Of a DNA stretch of 64,000 nt, positions 12,801 to 25,874 are shown piece by piece. The stretch's first letter is position 1; every line of letters starts with the position of its first letter. The position numbers and the translations under genes are program-made. The notes below the pieces were generated by a model. The model was not told where the DNA came from and searched no databases. It saw only the letters and a list, made by a program, of their open reading frames with translations. The stretch is from Lepidodermella squamata (taxonomy: Eukaryota; Animalia; Gastrotricha). The DNA lies in NCBI GenBank assembly GCA_047495785.1, contig JBLDXI010000007.1, positions 1 through 64,000 of the forward strand. Direction: 5' to 3'.

Positions 12801-13708
12801 CGCTACCTCCTATTCAAACTGCAAAGAATATCGACTCTGTGAAGATCCCTACTGAAGCGGTTTCGCCCTCTCGTAAACCTGGTGCATCAGTTCGAGTGGC
12901 AGATAATACTGATATTGAGAGCATCCTTTCAAGCCCTCGGGCTCTTGCGATTGCCGAATCATCCGATAATGAAGAGACGTTAACCATAGCCGAACCAGTG
13001 GTTGAAAATCTGCCTCCGTCTCAGGCTGAGACTGTTGTTAATGCCTTGCAAAATGATGTTGATGACGACGATGACGACGACTCGGTAATCAGTGGTGTCG
13101 GTTTTGTTATCGACGAGCAGCTCGACGAGGAAGAAGACGAGAAGCCGCTAGAAATCGCTGAGATACCAGTTGAAAAGCCTCCGGAAGATGATGCCGAAGA
13201 GGGCGAAATTACGGATGAGGAGGAGGGAGAACAAGAACAAGACAAGCAGCCAGTGCAACCACCACCTTCTCCGCCAAAATCGCCACCATTGCCAAGTTTA
13301 CCTATTTTGCCAACTGGGCCACAGATTGCCGCGAAGGATATACTTACCCTGAGCCTATTCGACCCATTATCGCCTGTGCGAGACGTCCGGCGGAAGAGAC
13401 GGCTATCGGCCAGTGAAATTTTCTCTTTGGTCGAGCTTCCACCGAAGCTATCACCCCCTCGCGATCCGGTCGAGCCTGAATTTAAAAAACCAGCGCCGCG
13501 AAAATCTTTCCCTTTACCGCCGGCGAAAAAACCGCAAAAGGTTGTGAACACTCCGAAACCGACCAGTCTCGTTCAAGATTTGGGAATTTCCCGCAAGAAA
13601 AGTCACGTTGTACTCCCGGCTAATAAATCCTCGGCACCTGCAGCGGTTTCAAGCCAACCGCCAGCCCCGCCGGATGACCTCGAATCACCTGCTTCTCCAG
13701 ATTCTTAG
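9825..13708 (+). CDS. ICE1: Little elongation complex subunit 1-like: N-terminal coiled coil plus long disordered acidic/Pro-rich region
   Basis: Spliced N-terminus ENFLLLKERIVSTDEIIRRYQSK resembles the ICE1 motif EALITLKQKIINTDNLLTEYQKK. Six small exons (9825-10655) precede a ~3 kb exon. AATAAA at ~13798 and ~13816. Confidence 0.7.
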
Positions 13709-13882
13709 TCCGAATAACCAGAAAGTTAAATAGTCACTGTTCAAGTTTTTACTTTTTATCAACTCGCTCAACATGGAAATACCGATGATATACAGAAAAT
13801 AAAGTTGAATTATGCAATAAAAAATATTGTTGTCAGTTTTTATACTCTGGTGTTTTTTATAATAGGAAAAATATTTTTAATT

Positions 13883-14772
13883 ATGTCGCTGTCGTGCAAT
13901 AACTGCGCTTTATTGCAGAATGTTAGTGTTTTTTTCAAGGTAAAGTTCCGTTAAAATCATTCATTTTACTTTCAGGAAATTGACGTTCTCGCGAAATGTT
14001 CGGGACAAAATCTCGAAATTATGAAAGAATGCATGCTGAGCTCTGGAGCTCTTATCGAAATGTGCCATACTAAAGTAACCGAAACCAACAAGCTCGTGCA
14101 GTCTAATCAAGAGCTGCGCCGAGAAAATGATCTGTTGAAACTGTAATTTTATATTGTTTCCTCTCTTTTAGCTGAATGATTTGAAACGTTATGTTATACA
14201 GGAAGCTCGATGCTGCAGAACAACAATTGTCTCATTTGAACACGGAGAAAGTCACGTGGGAGAAGCTCAAGCTCAACTACGAACGGCAGATTCAAATTTT
14301 ATCTTTACGGTGTCCCAAGGCGCACCAATTGAACGAAACTGATCAGGTATGCAGATAAAATTATATTTCCGACGCCATTCTTTTTAACTTCGATTTCTAG
14401 AAAAAATCGTATTCGCCATTCGAACGTGCTGGTACCTTCAAGAAACTTTCTCATGAAATCGCGCCTCTACAACAAGGAATACATCAGCCAAATGGTAAGA
14501 GCTCAATCCGTTAACGCTATCAATCATTGGCTATTTTTATTATATTTTTAGGTGGGGTAGTCGAGTCGACCGAGGAATGCACTTTTTCGAAGATTGCAAC
14601 GCTTCTCAGTGCAAGTTTGAGAGCCATTCCGACTCCTGAGTTCTCCCCTTGTACATCGCCTGTAATCTCGCCTTCAAAGAGCTCTGCTAAAATTACGTCT
14701 CTAACAATCGACGAAATCTTTGCCGCCGTCGCATTGCCAGATCTCATCCAGCCGATGAAAGATGACTTTTAA
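13883..14772 (+). CDS. Short tandem paralogue of the ICE1-like gene (5 exons, ~220 aa)
   Basis: MSLSCNNCALLQN|EIDV...DLLKL|KLDAAEQQL versus upstream DLLKL|KADAAEEQL, with shared intron positions and phases. All exons join in frame via GT-AG introns. Confidence 0.75.
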
Positions 14773-16788
14773 CTATGACAGATTGCTCAAATCTCTATTG
14801 TTGTTTTATCAATCCGGTATCGCTCAAATTTTTATGCGTTTATACTAAATTTCGGCATTCATTTTATCGAATATCCATGGTACCGATGATGCATTTTTCT
14901 ATCTTTGTTAAAGTTGTGAAATAAATTGGTTGTGGGCTTAAGCGAGATTGTTTTGACGCTGTCATGCTGCAGGCATTGAAGGTAGGTTTTACTAGTCGAG
15001 AGGATCCCAATTTCGACGTGTTTTTATCGCTTCATTCACCTGAAATTCGACAAGAAATTCCACGCCAGCTAAAAAGTAGATAAATTGCTATATTAGCTAA
15101 CGTATCGCTAAATTATAACCACAATTGAAGGGTAAGCTGGCTTCGCTTCGCATGAGTCATGAGATGAACAAGAACGATACTTGGAACACGAGTTCGCGTC
15201 TTCGTAATCGAGGATAAAAAATAACAAACATCGTCCGAAGCGTCCGATTTCGCGTAATAGAGGTATATTATTTACCCAGCGGCTCTTCATCTGCGCCATT
15301 CATTTAAAACGCGATCAAAGGAAAGTTGTAACAAGACTAGAGGTATCACCATTTGATTACAGTAAAAACCGGTAGGTAGGCGCTGATTGGTGGCGCCCGG
15401 GCGTTCTTCATCAATAATATTATCATTATTTTTGAGGTAAATAATACACTGCTCCGGTACATGGTGTTACTTGAACACAGAGCGCGTGTTTACCGAGCCA
15501 CCTTTTGGGTCTTTTCACAACTTGAATCTACCGCATCAGCAGCGCTGGCTGAAAATACGCAAACATCCGCGCGATCGGTTATATTATTATTGTTATCATT
15601 ACTACACAAATTCTCATGTTTATGATTCCTTTTAATCAAAAGGTAAGCTTCATTATAAACTGCTTTCGATCTGATATTATTACATCATCATCATAACCGG
15701 CATGCTTGTACCGAGTTACCGTAATACGTTCAAGGCAAGTTACCAGGTAATTCTAGCTGCGTTTACACATCTTGTCCAAAGACGTTCTACCTTCGGGGGC
15801 GCCAATTATACGCGCTCGCGCCTACCAGGTATCTCGTGTGCCGATCGCACGGGTCTTCGGAACAAGCCCACATGCTAGTCTCGCGCTGTTTATCGATGGC
15901 GCACGCGCGTGCTATGCCGCGGCGGCGGAACAAACCCGTTAAAACCTGGTCATACAGATAATAAGGTCGAGTATCATATCGTCAGGCGCTTCCGGCGCGA
16001 AACCGCCTTCCGCGTTACTTACTACAAAACACGGCCGTACTAATAGTATAATGATTCGCCGAGCTGCAGCGCGTTAAACGAACATTAGCCGCGCCCCGCG
16101 TGTGTGTTTACGCATAGCTGCGCGCGTACGACTGCCGATAGATGGCGCTGCCTAGGAGGTGCGTCGACGCCGCGCCGAGCTCATGCCTGTCGACGCCAGC
16201 GCAGCGACTTAATTGAACGCAGTTACTCGAGCGCGCGCAGTTCGCAGCGAGATAAGGGGCTCCGGATGTGCGCGATCGCGCGCTGGGTGCCGCGAGTTAC
16301 TGCGCGCGCGCCTTACCGTAACCGATTCTCGATTTTAATACAGAGATGGCCCTCGCCAAATACCTACAATAACTTACTAATAATCATCTATTTCAACGAG
16401 CATAAACAGACGCGTAACTAACTCATCATCAGCAGCGCCAGTTCGCGGTAGGCGCAGGGGCGCGCGCGATCGCTAAACCTGATACGGCGCCTGTTTCTTC
16501 TTGCCTGTCTTAAAATCATAACAACCGGCGTAAGAAATCGAACGGCCAGATTTCGTCTCGCCTTTCGCCTAGCCCATTACCGTCATCATATTTTCGAATA
16601 AATGCCCCGGCAAATAAAGACCTATACCGGTAATAATAGTCTGGCGCCGCTTTGTTGTTCGACTGATTTGTTTTTGCCTTGTGCTCGCTGTTGCATAAAT
16701 TCGCCGCTAGTCCACATTAGATAAAAGTCTATAATTGTATTGAACATTTTTGACCTTGTCATCTTGCTTTATAGAGTTGTAACTTGAA

Positions 16789-19700
16789 ATGGATCGAGCG
16801 ATCCCGGAGACCGAACCGGAATACCCGTTTCTGGTCGTCAACCGTAAGGAGCTGCTTGAAGAGCTAGCGAAGCTAAAATTCGACTTCAAAAAATGTACCT
16901 GGATTCCGGATGAGAAGGAAGGTTTCGTCATCGCCGAGGTCGAGTCGACCAAGGGTGACGAGGTGACAGTGCGCACGGAGAAGGGCGACGTCAAGACGCT
17001 GAAGAAGGACCTGTGCCAGGATCCTAACCCGCAAAAGTACGAACAAACCACGGACATGGCTGACTTGACGCAACTGAACGAAGCCGCCATCTTGCACAAC
17101 TTGCGCCAGCGCTACTTCCACAAGCACATCTACACGTACTCGGGCTTGTTCTGCGTCGTCGTCAACCCGTACAAACTGCTGCCGATTTACACCGAGTCGG
17201 TCATTGCCAAGTACCGCGGCAAGCGCCGAACTGAGATGCCGCCGCATTTGTACTCTATTGCTGACGGCGCCTTCTCGTACATGTTACAGGACCGTGAAAA
17301 CCAGTCGATCCTGATTACCGGCGAGTCTGGTGCCGGTAAGACCGAAAACACCAAGAAGGTCATCCAGTACTTCGCGAAAGTCGCCGCTGCCCAAGCCGCC
17401 GCCGAAGCTGCTAAGGGCAATGTCGAAGAAGCCGCCTCGAAGAAGGGTTCACTTGAAGACCAAATCGTGCAGTGCAACCCTCCGCTTGAAGCTTACGGTA
17501 ACGCCAAGACTGTGCGTAACAACAACTCGTCACGTTTCGGTAAGTTTATCCGTATCCACTTCGGCCCGACTGGCAAGATCGCCGGTGCCGATATTGAGCA
17601 TTACCTGCTGGAAAAGTCGCGTGTCACCGCGTGTGGCCGTCTCGAGCGCAACTACCACATCTTCTACCAACTCTGCTCGGCTGGAGGCAAACCTTTCCAT
17701 GGTAAGCATGAACCTTTCTTCTTTAACTCAGCTTTTGCCCCTATAAATTGATTCAGATTCTGTCCCTTATGCTGTAATGAATACTAATCAAGGCTTTTTT
17801 GATTAAACAGATAAACTGCTGTTGAATCCTGACCCTGGCCAGTACGCCTTCTCCAACCAGGGTGTCCTGACAGTAGATGGTATGGACGACGTGTTTGAAA
17901 TGAAAGCTACCTCAGACGCTTTGGACATTCTCGGCTTCTCCGAGGACGAGAAGTTGTCCATGTTCAAGTGCGTCGCTTGCATCTGCTGGATGGGTGAGAT
18001 GAAGTTCAAGCAGTCAAAGGACGAGCAGGCCGAAGCCGACGGAACGGCTGAGGCTGAAAAGGCCGCCTTCTTGCTCGGCATCAACGCCACCGACTTGATC
18101 AAGTGCTTGGTCAAGCCCAAGGTCAAGGTCGGCAACGAGTGGGTCAACAAGTCGCAGAACAAGGACCAGGTCACCTATGCCGTCGCCACGCTGTCAAAGT
18201 CGCTGTATTCGCGTCTCTTCGACTGGCTGGTCAAGCGCTGCAACCAGACGCTAGACACTAAGAGCCGTCGTCAGTACTTCATCGGTGTGCTGGATATCGC
18301 TGGGTTCGAAATCTTCGAGTTCAACTCGTTCGAGCAACTCTGCATCAACTTCACCAACGAGCGTCTGCAGCAGTTCTTCAACCACCACATGTTCGTCCTC
18401 GAGCAGGAAGAGTACAAGAAGGAAGGTATCGACTGGGTTTTCATCGATTTCGGTCTCGATTTGGCCGCCTGTATCGAGCTGATCGAAAAGCCGCTCGGTA
18501 TCATGTCAATCCTGGAAGAGGAGTGCATCGTGCCGAAGGGTAGCGACAAGAGCTTTGTCGAAAAGTTGTACCAAAACCATCTTGGCAAGTCGCCCAACTT
18601 CCTGAAGCCTGCTCCAGGCCGCGCTAAGGAGAAGGACAAGGAGCCTCACTTCGAGCTGAAGCACTACGCCGGCAACGTCGCGTACAACTGCAACGGCTGG
18701 CTGGAACGTAATAAGGATCCTATCCAAGCCTGCACCATTGAACTCATGTCGGCCTCGAAGGACACCCTTATCCCGTTCCTGTTCCCTGCCGAAGCTGAAG
18801 GTAAGCGTCCCTTATTTTTCTAAAATGGAACATTTGTCTTTAACTCAAAATTTCGCATTTTTCTTTAAAAAGACAAAGGTAAGGTTTACAACGTTCTCTG
18901 CTGTAGAAATTACATTCTTTCAACCTATTTATTTTCCGTTAAATTTGTTCTCTATGTCTTTTCGCTTTTAACTTTGTTAATTTCATTTCATCGCGCTTTC
19001 CGCTTTGATTTCTTCCTCTGACATGTTGACTCATTTTTGGTGTTGTAACATATGAACAGATGCCGGTGGCGGTGGCAAGAAGAAGAAGGGTGGTGCTATG
19101 CAGACCATTTCGGCGGCTCACCGTGACTCGCTGAACCGTCTGATGAAAAACTTGTATTCAACTCACCCTCACTTCGTTCGTTGCATCATCCCGAACGAGT
19201 GCAAGCAGAGCTGGGTCATCGATGCGCACCTTGTGCTCAACCAGCTCAAGTGTAACGGTGTGTTGGAGGGCATCCGTATTTGCCGCAAGGGCTTCCCCAA
19301 CCGCATGATCTACCCTGACTTCAAGCAGCGTTACACCATCCTGGCCCCCAACGCTGTTCCGGCCGGGTTCGTCGACGCCAAGGTTGTCGCTGAGAAGGTC
19401 CTCGGCGCCCTGACCATGGGCGAGAACGACTACCGTCTCGGCCATACCAAGGTTTTCTTCCGTGCTGGTATTCTTGCCAAGCTCGAGGAGTGGCGTGAGG
19501 AAAAGCTGTCGGCTATCCTTGCCCACTTCCAGTCCCACGTCCGTGGCTACTTGATGCGCCGCAAGTACAAGAAGCTGAACGACCAGCGCACTGCCCTGGC
19601 TATGGTGCAGCGCAACATTCGCAAGTACATGGCCTTCCGCGACTGGAAGTGGTGGAAGATGTACACACTCATCAAGCCGCTGCTCAGCCAAATCCGCGGC

Positions 19701-22700
19701 GAGGACGAGATGCGCAAAAAAGAGGAAGAGTTCGAAAAGACCAAGACCGAACTCGAGCGCGTGTCGAAGCTCGCCAAAGAGCTCGAGGAACAGAACGTAA
19801 CCCTGCTGCAGCAGAAGAACGACTTCTTCATCACCCTACAGTCCACTCAGGACTCGATCGGAGAGATGGAGGAGAAGCTCACTGCCCTCATCACGCAACG
19901 CCAAGGCATCGAAGAGCGCAACAAAGAGCTCGAAGAACGCCTGCAGCAAGAAGAAGGCCGCGCTTCGCAGGGCGAGAGCATTCGCCATAAACTCGAAGGC
20001 GACATCGACAACCTCAAGGGTGACATTCACCAACTCGAAAGCAACCTCGCCAAGTCCGAACAGGACAAACAAGCCAAGGATCAGCAGATCCGCAAACTCC
20101 AGGACGACCTCGCCAACCAAGACCAGTCTGTTGCGAAGTTGTCTAAGGAGAAGAAGACCCTCGAAGAGAACCTCAAGAAGACCCAGTCCGACCTTCAAGC
20201 CGAGGAGGACAAGGTCAACCACCTCAACAAGACCAAGCAGAAGTTGGAGCAGACCCTAGACGAAATGGAGGAGAACCTCAACCGCGAGAAGAAGATTCGC
20301 GCCGATGTCGAGAAGGCGAAGCGAAAGCTCGAGGGCGACCTCAAGGCCACCCAGGATGCCGTCGCCGAGCTCGAACGCGTCAAGCACGACCTCGAGGACA
20401 CGATTCGCAAAAAGGACGGTGAAATCACGACCCTGCAGGGCAAGGTCGAGGAGGACCAGAGCTTAATTGCTCAGTTGCAGAAGAAGATCAAGGATCTGCA
20501 GCGCCGCATCGAGGAGCTCGAGGAGGAACTCGAAGCCGAGCGTGCCAACCGTGTCAAGGTCGAGAAGCAGCGCGCCGAACTGCAACGCGAGCTGGAAGAT
20601 CTCAGCATGCGCCTCGACGAAGCCGGCGGTGCCACGGCTGCCCAGTCTGAGCTGAACAAGCGCCGTGAACAGGAGCTGGCTAAGATGCGTCAGGACATGG
20701 AAGAGATCCGTCTACAAAACGAGCAGTCTCTCGCCGCTCTTCGCAAGAAGAACCAGGACGCTGTTAACGAGTTAACCGAGGCCGTCGAACAGGCTAACAA
20801 GAACCGCCAAAAGGTCGAGAAGGAGAAGCAGCAAATTAAGGCTGAGGTTGACGATCTTCACGGCCAGCTGGAGATGATTACCAAGGCTAAGGCGAATGCT
20901 GAAAAGACCGTCAAGGCGCTGGAGTCTGCTCACTCTGAGGTTCAGGCTAAGCTTGACGAACAAGCTCGTGTCATCTCAGACCTGCAAGGCCAACGCGCCC
21001 GATCTGGCCAGGAGTCGTCTGACTTCCAGCGCCAGGTCGAAGAGGCCGAGCATCAAGTTTCAGCTCTTACCAAGGCCAAGCAGCAGCTGGCGGCGCAATT
21101 GGACGAGGCGAAGCGTTCGCTCGAAGAGGAATCGCGCACCCGCGCAAAGTTCCAGGCCGAAGCTCGCAACCTGCAGGCCGATCTCGACCGCGTGCGCGAG
21201 CAGCTCGAGGAAGAACTCGAGGGTAAGACCAACATCCAACGAGCTCTAGCCAAGGCACAGCAGGAAATGCAGCAGTTGAAGGCACGCGCTGCTGCCGGTG
21301 AATTCGGCAGTGGCGAGATGTCCGATGACGTCAAGCGCAAATTCCAGCAGAAGTTGGCTGAAGCTGAGGCGCAAATCGAGGCAGCGCTATCGAAGGTTGC
21401 TACCCTCGAGAAGCAGAAGCACAAGCTTCAGGCTGAGCTCGAGGACATCACGGTCGAGGCTGAACGCGCCCAGTCGTTGGCGAGCCAGACCGAGAAGAAG
21501 CAGAAGCAGATGGACAAGATCATCGCTGAATACCAGGCTAAGATCGACTCTCTCAACGCCGAACTTGAACAGGCCCACCGCGAATCGCGAGGATTTTCGG
21601 CCGAGTTGTACAAACTCAAGGCACAGTTCGAAGAAGCTCACGATGTCCAGGAGGGACTTCGGCGTGAGAATAAGAACTTATCAGGTAAGAATCAGACAAC
21701 CTGCCCTCTCGTTTTTACATATTTCTATTTCTTCAGATGAGATCCGCGAACTGATGGACCAACTTTCGGAGGGTGGCAAGTCTGTTCACGAAGTCGAGAA
21801 GACGCGTCGTCGTCTCGAAGTCGAGAAGCAAGAGCTTCAAGCGGCGTTGGAAGAGGCTGAAGCGGCGATCGAAAACGAGACTGCCAAACAGCAGCGTATG
21901 CAAATCGAGATCTCGCAGATCCGCAGCGACGTAGAGAAGCGCATCGCTGAGAAGGATGAGGAGAACGAGATGTCGCGCAAGAACCAGCAACGCATGATCG
22001 AGTCGCTGCAGGCGAGCCTCGAGGCCGAATCTCGCGCCAAGGCCGATGCGATGAAGAACAAGAAGAAGCTCGAGTCTGACGTCAACGAACTCGAGGTTGC
22101 TCTTGATGCATCAAACCGCGCGCGTGTTGACCTGGAGAAGAACGCCAAGCGCTACCAGCAACAGGTTATCGAGCTGCAGCAGCGCGTCGACGATGAAAGC
22201 AGGCAACGCGACGAACTGCGCGATCAGCTGATCAGCATCGAGCGCCGCACTGCCGGTATGCACGGTGAAATCGAGGAGCTGCGGTCGGCTCTTGAACAGG
22301 CCGAACGTGTGCGCAAGTCGGCTGAAAGCGAGCTGCACGAGGCTGCCGAGCGCGTCTCGGAGCTGCAGTCGCAGAACAGCCAGCTGGCGAGCTCGAAGCG
22401 CAAGATGGACGCCGATCTGCAGGCTATCAGCGTAAGTTTATTGTTTACCTAGCCATAAGCACTTGAAATTCGGTGCCGCGCTTCCGGGGCGGTCGCCGCT
22501 CTTGAGACGACACCGTGTTTGTTTACCGCCATTTCGTAACTTGTTGCCTTTATAAACTCACAGAGCGATTTGGACGATGCTTTGAATGAGCTGAAGTCGG
22601 CTGAGGAGAAGGCGAAGCGCGCCCAGGCTGAGGCGGCGCGTCTTGCCGACGAGCTGCGCGCTGAGCAAGAGCACGGCCAGCAGATCGAGCGCCTTCGCAA

Positions 22701-23231
22701 GCAGCTCGAGAGCCAGGTGAAGGAGATGCAGAGCCGTGTCGACGAGGCCGAGGCGAGCGCGATGAAGGGCGGCAAGCGCCAACTGGCTAAGCTGGAGCAG
22801 CGCATCCGCGAAGTCGAAGCCGAGCTCGATGCCGAGCAGCGCGCCCACCAGGAGACCGCCAAGGTCGCCCGGCGCGCGGAGCAGCGTCTGAAGGAGGTCA
22901 TCTTCCAGGCTGAGGAGGAGCACAAGTCGCGCGACCGTCTCAACGAAATGGTCGCCCAGCTACAACAGAAGCTCAAAGTTTACAAGCGCCAAGTCGAGGA
23001 GGCCGTAAGTTTATATTGATTAAGCAACTTTATTTAGCTAATACACTGCCAAAATTTCAGGAGGAGCTAGCCGCTGTCAACCTGGCCAAGTACAGGAAGG
23101 TGCAGGTCGAATTCGAGGAGTCGACCGAGCGTGCCGACGCAGCCGAGCAGATGGTTGCTAAGATGCGTCTCCAAGTCCGCGGCGCTTCTGCTGCCCCTGG
23201 GGGTCGCGCTGTGACACCATCGCAACGCTGA
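16789..23231 (+). CDS. MYH: Muscle (striated-type) myosin II heavy chain
   Basis: P-loop GESGAGKT, switch [34 protein letters not shown] neck and long coiled-coil rod. Introns approx. 17702-17810, 18801-19059, 21685-21737, 22432-22563, 23005-23060. Confidence 0.98.
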
Positions 23232-23865
23232 GCGAATTGAGACAGCATACCAAATGACTGGTTAAATTATTTAATTGCTATTGTAATCCAAAAAATCTGG
23301 AAAAAAGCTGTTACTGCCCGGCTAGGATTATCTACTCGGTTCTCGCGTCGTGTGCAGTGATCGTCTGTTGAAAACAAATCTCTTTCCTCGCTTATGAAAC
23401 CAATTTTTTCCTTGAGTTATTTCGATACATTGCGACTATATTTTATTACTTGGATAAGAGGTGGATGATTGGTTCGAAATAGAGCCTGCTTCTTTGTATC
23501 TCGAGGACAATGGATGAAGACGACTGGTCCTGATTTCGATGGTGCTAAATCGATGTCAATAGAAGCTTTTACATTTAAAATTTACCATTATTCCTCATTA
23601 TAACATATATCTCGAGTGTGTTTGAAATCCAGCTATACCCTTTTACTGCCTTTACCCCGGAGATATTGATGCAGCAGCCAAACATGACAATATAGCTGTA
23701 CAAATGCGAACAACTGGTTACGCAGTTTTCGGCCAGAATTAAAGAAATAAAACGCTTGCTGTGTGCTTAAAAAATGGACAAAGCGTATCTTTTATTTTAC
23801 TCTTACAAAATTATCATCTTCACAAAAAATCATCATCAGAATAGAGTTTAACAAAATGGCTTTAG

Positions 23866-25814
23866 TTAAGAGTCGACTGATTCGACGGGGTTGAGCATGC
23901 TTTTCGCCAGTTCCAGAAACGCGTCGACTTGCTCGTGGTTAGCTGCAAAATTTCGAATCGCAATCTGTTCGTCCTCGACCAGAGGCAAGAATTCAGTAAC
24001 AAAATCGATGCTGTAAGGCGGCGCGATGATGTCTAACAATTCACTGACAAAATACCGCACAATTGACGCGTCCGTCTCGAGTTTAGTCCACCACTCGCGA
24101 ACGTAGCGCAGAACTGGCAGGACGCAGCCTCGGCTGAACAGATGAACAAACCGATCAAGAATGCGCTTCCTGACTTGCAACTGGATAATCGTGTCCAAAT
24201 CGTCCTCGATGTGACTAGACTCGAATAGCTTGATCAAAATGTCGAGAATACGCGGGTGCATGAACGAATGCAGCGTGGCAAGTTCATCGAGTAGAACGTA
24301 ATGAAGAGGCGGAGATTGATCGGAATTTTGCATGAAAAAGTTGGAATCGTTAAAAATAGCCTTCAGCCATGACAGCATGGCGAAAGCGACCATCGAGTTC
24401 TTCGCGTATTGAAGCAATTGATTCAGTTCGGGTAACAAATCAGAAAGAGGCCTGTTACCGCTGGTGATTTCATATAGCCTTTCTAGCAGTTGGCGGGTCG
24501 TCGCCAATTCTTCGGGATTAGCCGGTGGCTTGGCATTTGCACTTCGTCGGGTGGCCACGTGATCCATGGGTGCGTCAAGCTGAGGGGCTGGCGGATCAAA
24601 TACAGCGGTAGCAGCATACGCCAAAATGAAGAAATACTTGGATCTATACGAAATAAAATGTATTCAATACCGACTTCAAAAAACCCTTCAGAATTCTCAA
24701 CATTTGAAATTAATTATGAAGTTAGAGCGAACCTGTACTCTTGGTTGATTTTAGCGCCAGGTTTAAACGCGGTATCAACAACTATATCAATGAACTCGAG
24801 TTGCCTGAGAAGACTGACAGGAGGAGGAATGAACGAATTCGGCATATGTGGTTGAGCTTGTTGTTGATTTTTTGTGTACGCCTCATGAATTGTCAGCATG
24901 TCGGCCGGATTAACTGAACCTCGGTTCGTCATCGATCGCACGGCCGCGATAACTTGCTGCTGCCGGGAGAAGTAATCGGAAACGTCGGGCCGTGAATTGC
25001 TCGCTATCAACGCGAATGGGGGCGGGTAACTAGCCGACAGCAACAGGCCAACAATAATAATATCCGGGTCAAATTTCGCAACAGCAAGATGCTGCAAGTC
25101 CTGGCTAACGCGTTTTATCGTCAAATGCGAATTGTTTTTCTCGTGTTGGCTTAGCTTTGCCAGCATGACTTGGGTATAGAGGTAGGTATGTTCGACATGG
25201 CACGCGAGTTGAGCAAGTTCTTCGAAGTTTTTTTCGTAGTGTTCCGGGCCTTCCGTCAATAACGTCCCGATAGCGGCAAAGAGCACCTTGGTGAAAACGT
25301 CATGTTGCTGCGAAACCACTTTAACAGATTTCCGAATCTCGTCTTGCAAACCTGCATCGCAAATTAGTTTTATTGCGAAATTAAGGAAAAGGCAATCAGG
25401 AAATTGCTCCGCCAGTTCGTAAATCAAATTTCGCCACACTGGAAAAGCAATCATTTCAGCCACCCAAGTGGGAGTCGCTCGTTCACTCATAAAAATAGAG
25501 TCACATTTCGACTGGTCAAAGAGCTTGATGATGGAGTCTTTCATTGTGCCTTCGACTAGGTTTTGCAGCGACTCGACGTCGCAATCGAGGTAAATCATAG
25601 ATTCGGCCATAAAATTGACCATTTGAGCAGTTGCATTGTAGTTTTCTGATAGCAACGAAACTCCATCCTCTATAGAACCTCCCTGCTCAGCAAATCGACG
25701 AAACTGATTCGAGCATTCAGGCTCTAGAATAGCGTCAGGACGTGAAAATAAAGTTGTGAATTGATCGAGATCAACAGGTGATGCCTGTTTCTCAATCTCA
25801 GCTTCCTCACTCAT
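23866..25814 (-). CDS. NELFCD: Negative elongation factor C/D (TH1-like), 2 exons
   Basis: Motifs PDAILEP, LLSENY..AQMVN, WRNLIYELAEQFPDCLFLNFAIKLI, ACHVEHTYLY, DRFVHLFSRGCVLPV, RYFVSELLDIIAPPYS. Confidence 0.95.
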
Positions 25815-25874
25815 AAATAATCTACAGAAAAAACATCAAGTTAATGTTTGCAAATATGAACAACTATTTGGCAT

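Noticed and set aside
16707-23248. Numerous antisense and alternate-frame ORFs over myosin (similarly over PKD2)
   Set aside because: These are by-products of strong GC3 codon bias in the real genes.
23483-23533. Possible alternative myosin tailpiece exon (…SRTMDEDDWS*)
   Set aside because: Weak acceptor and no convincing in-frame donor upstream; cannot be supported without transcripts.
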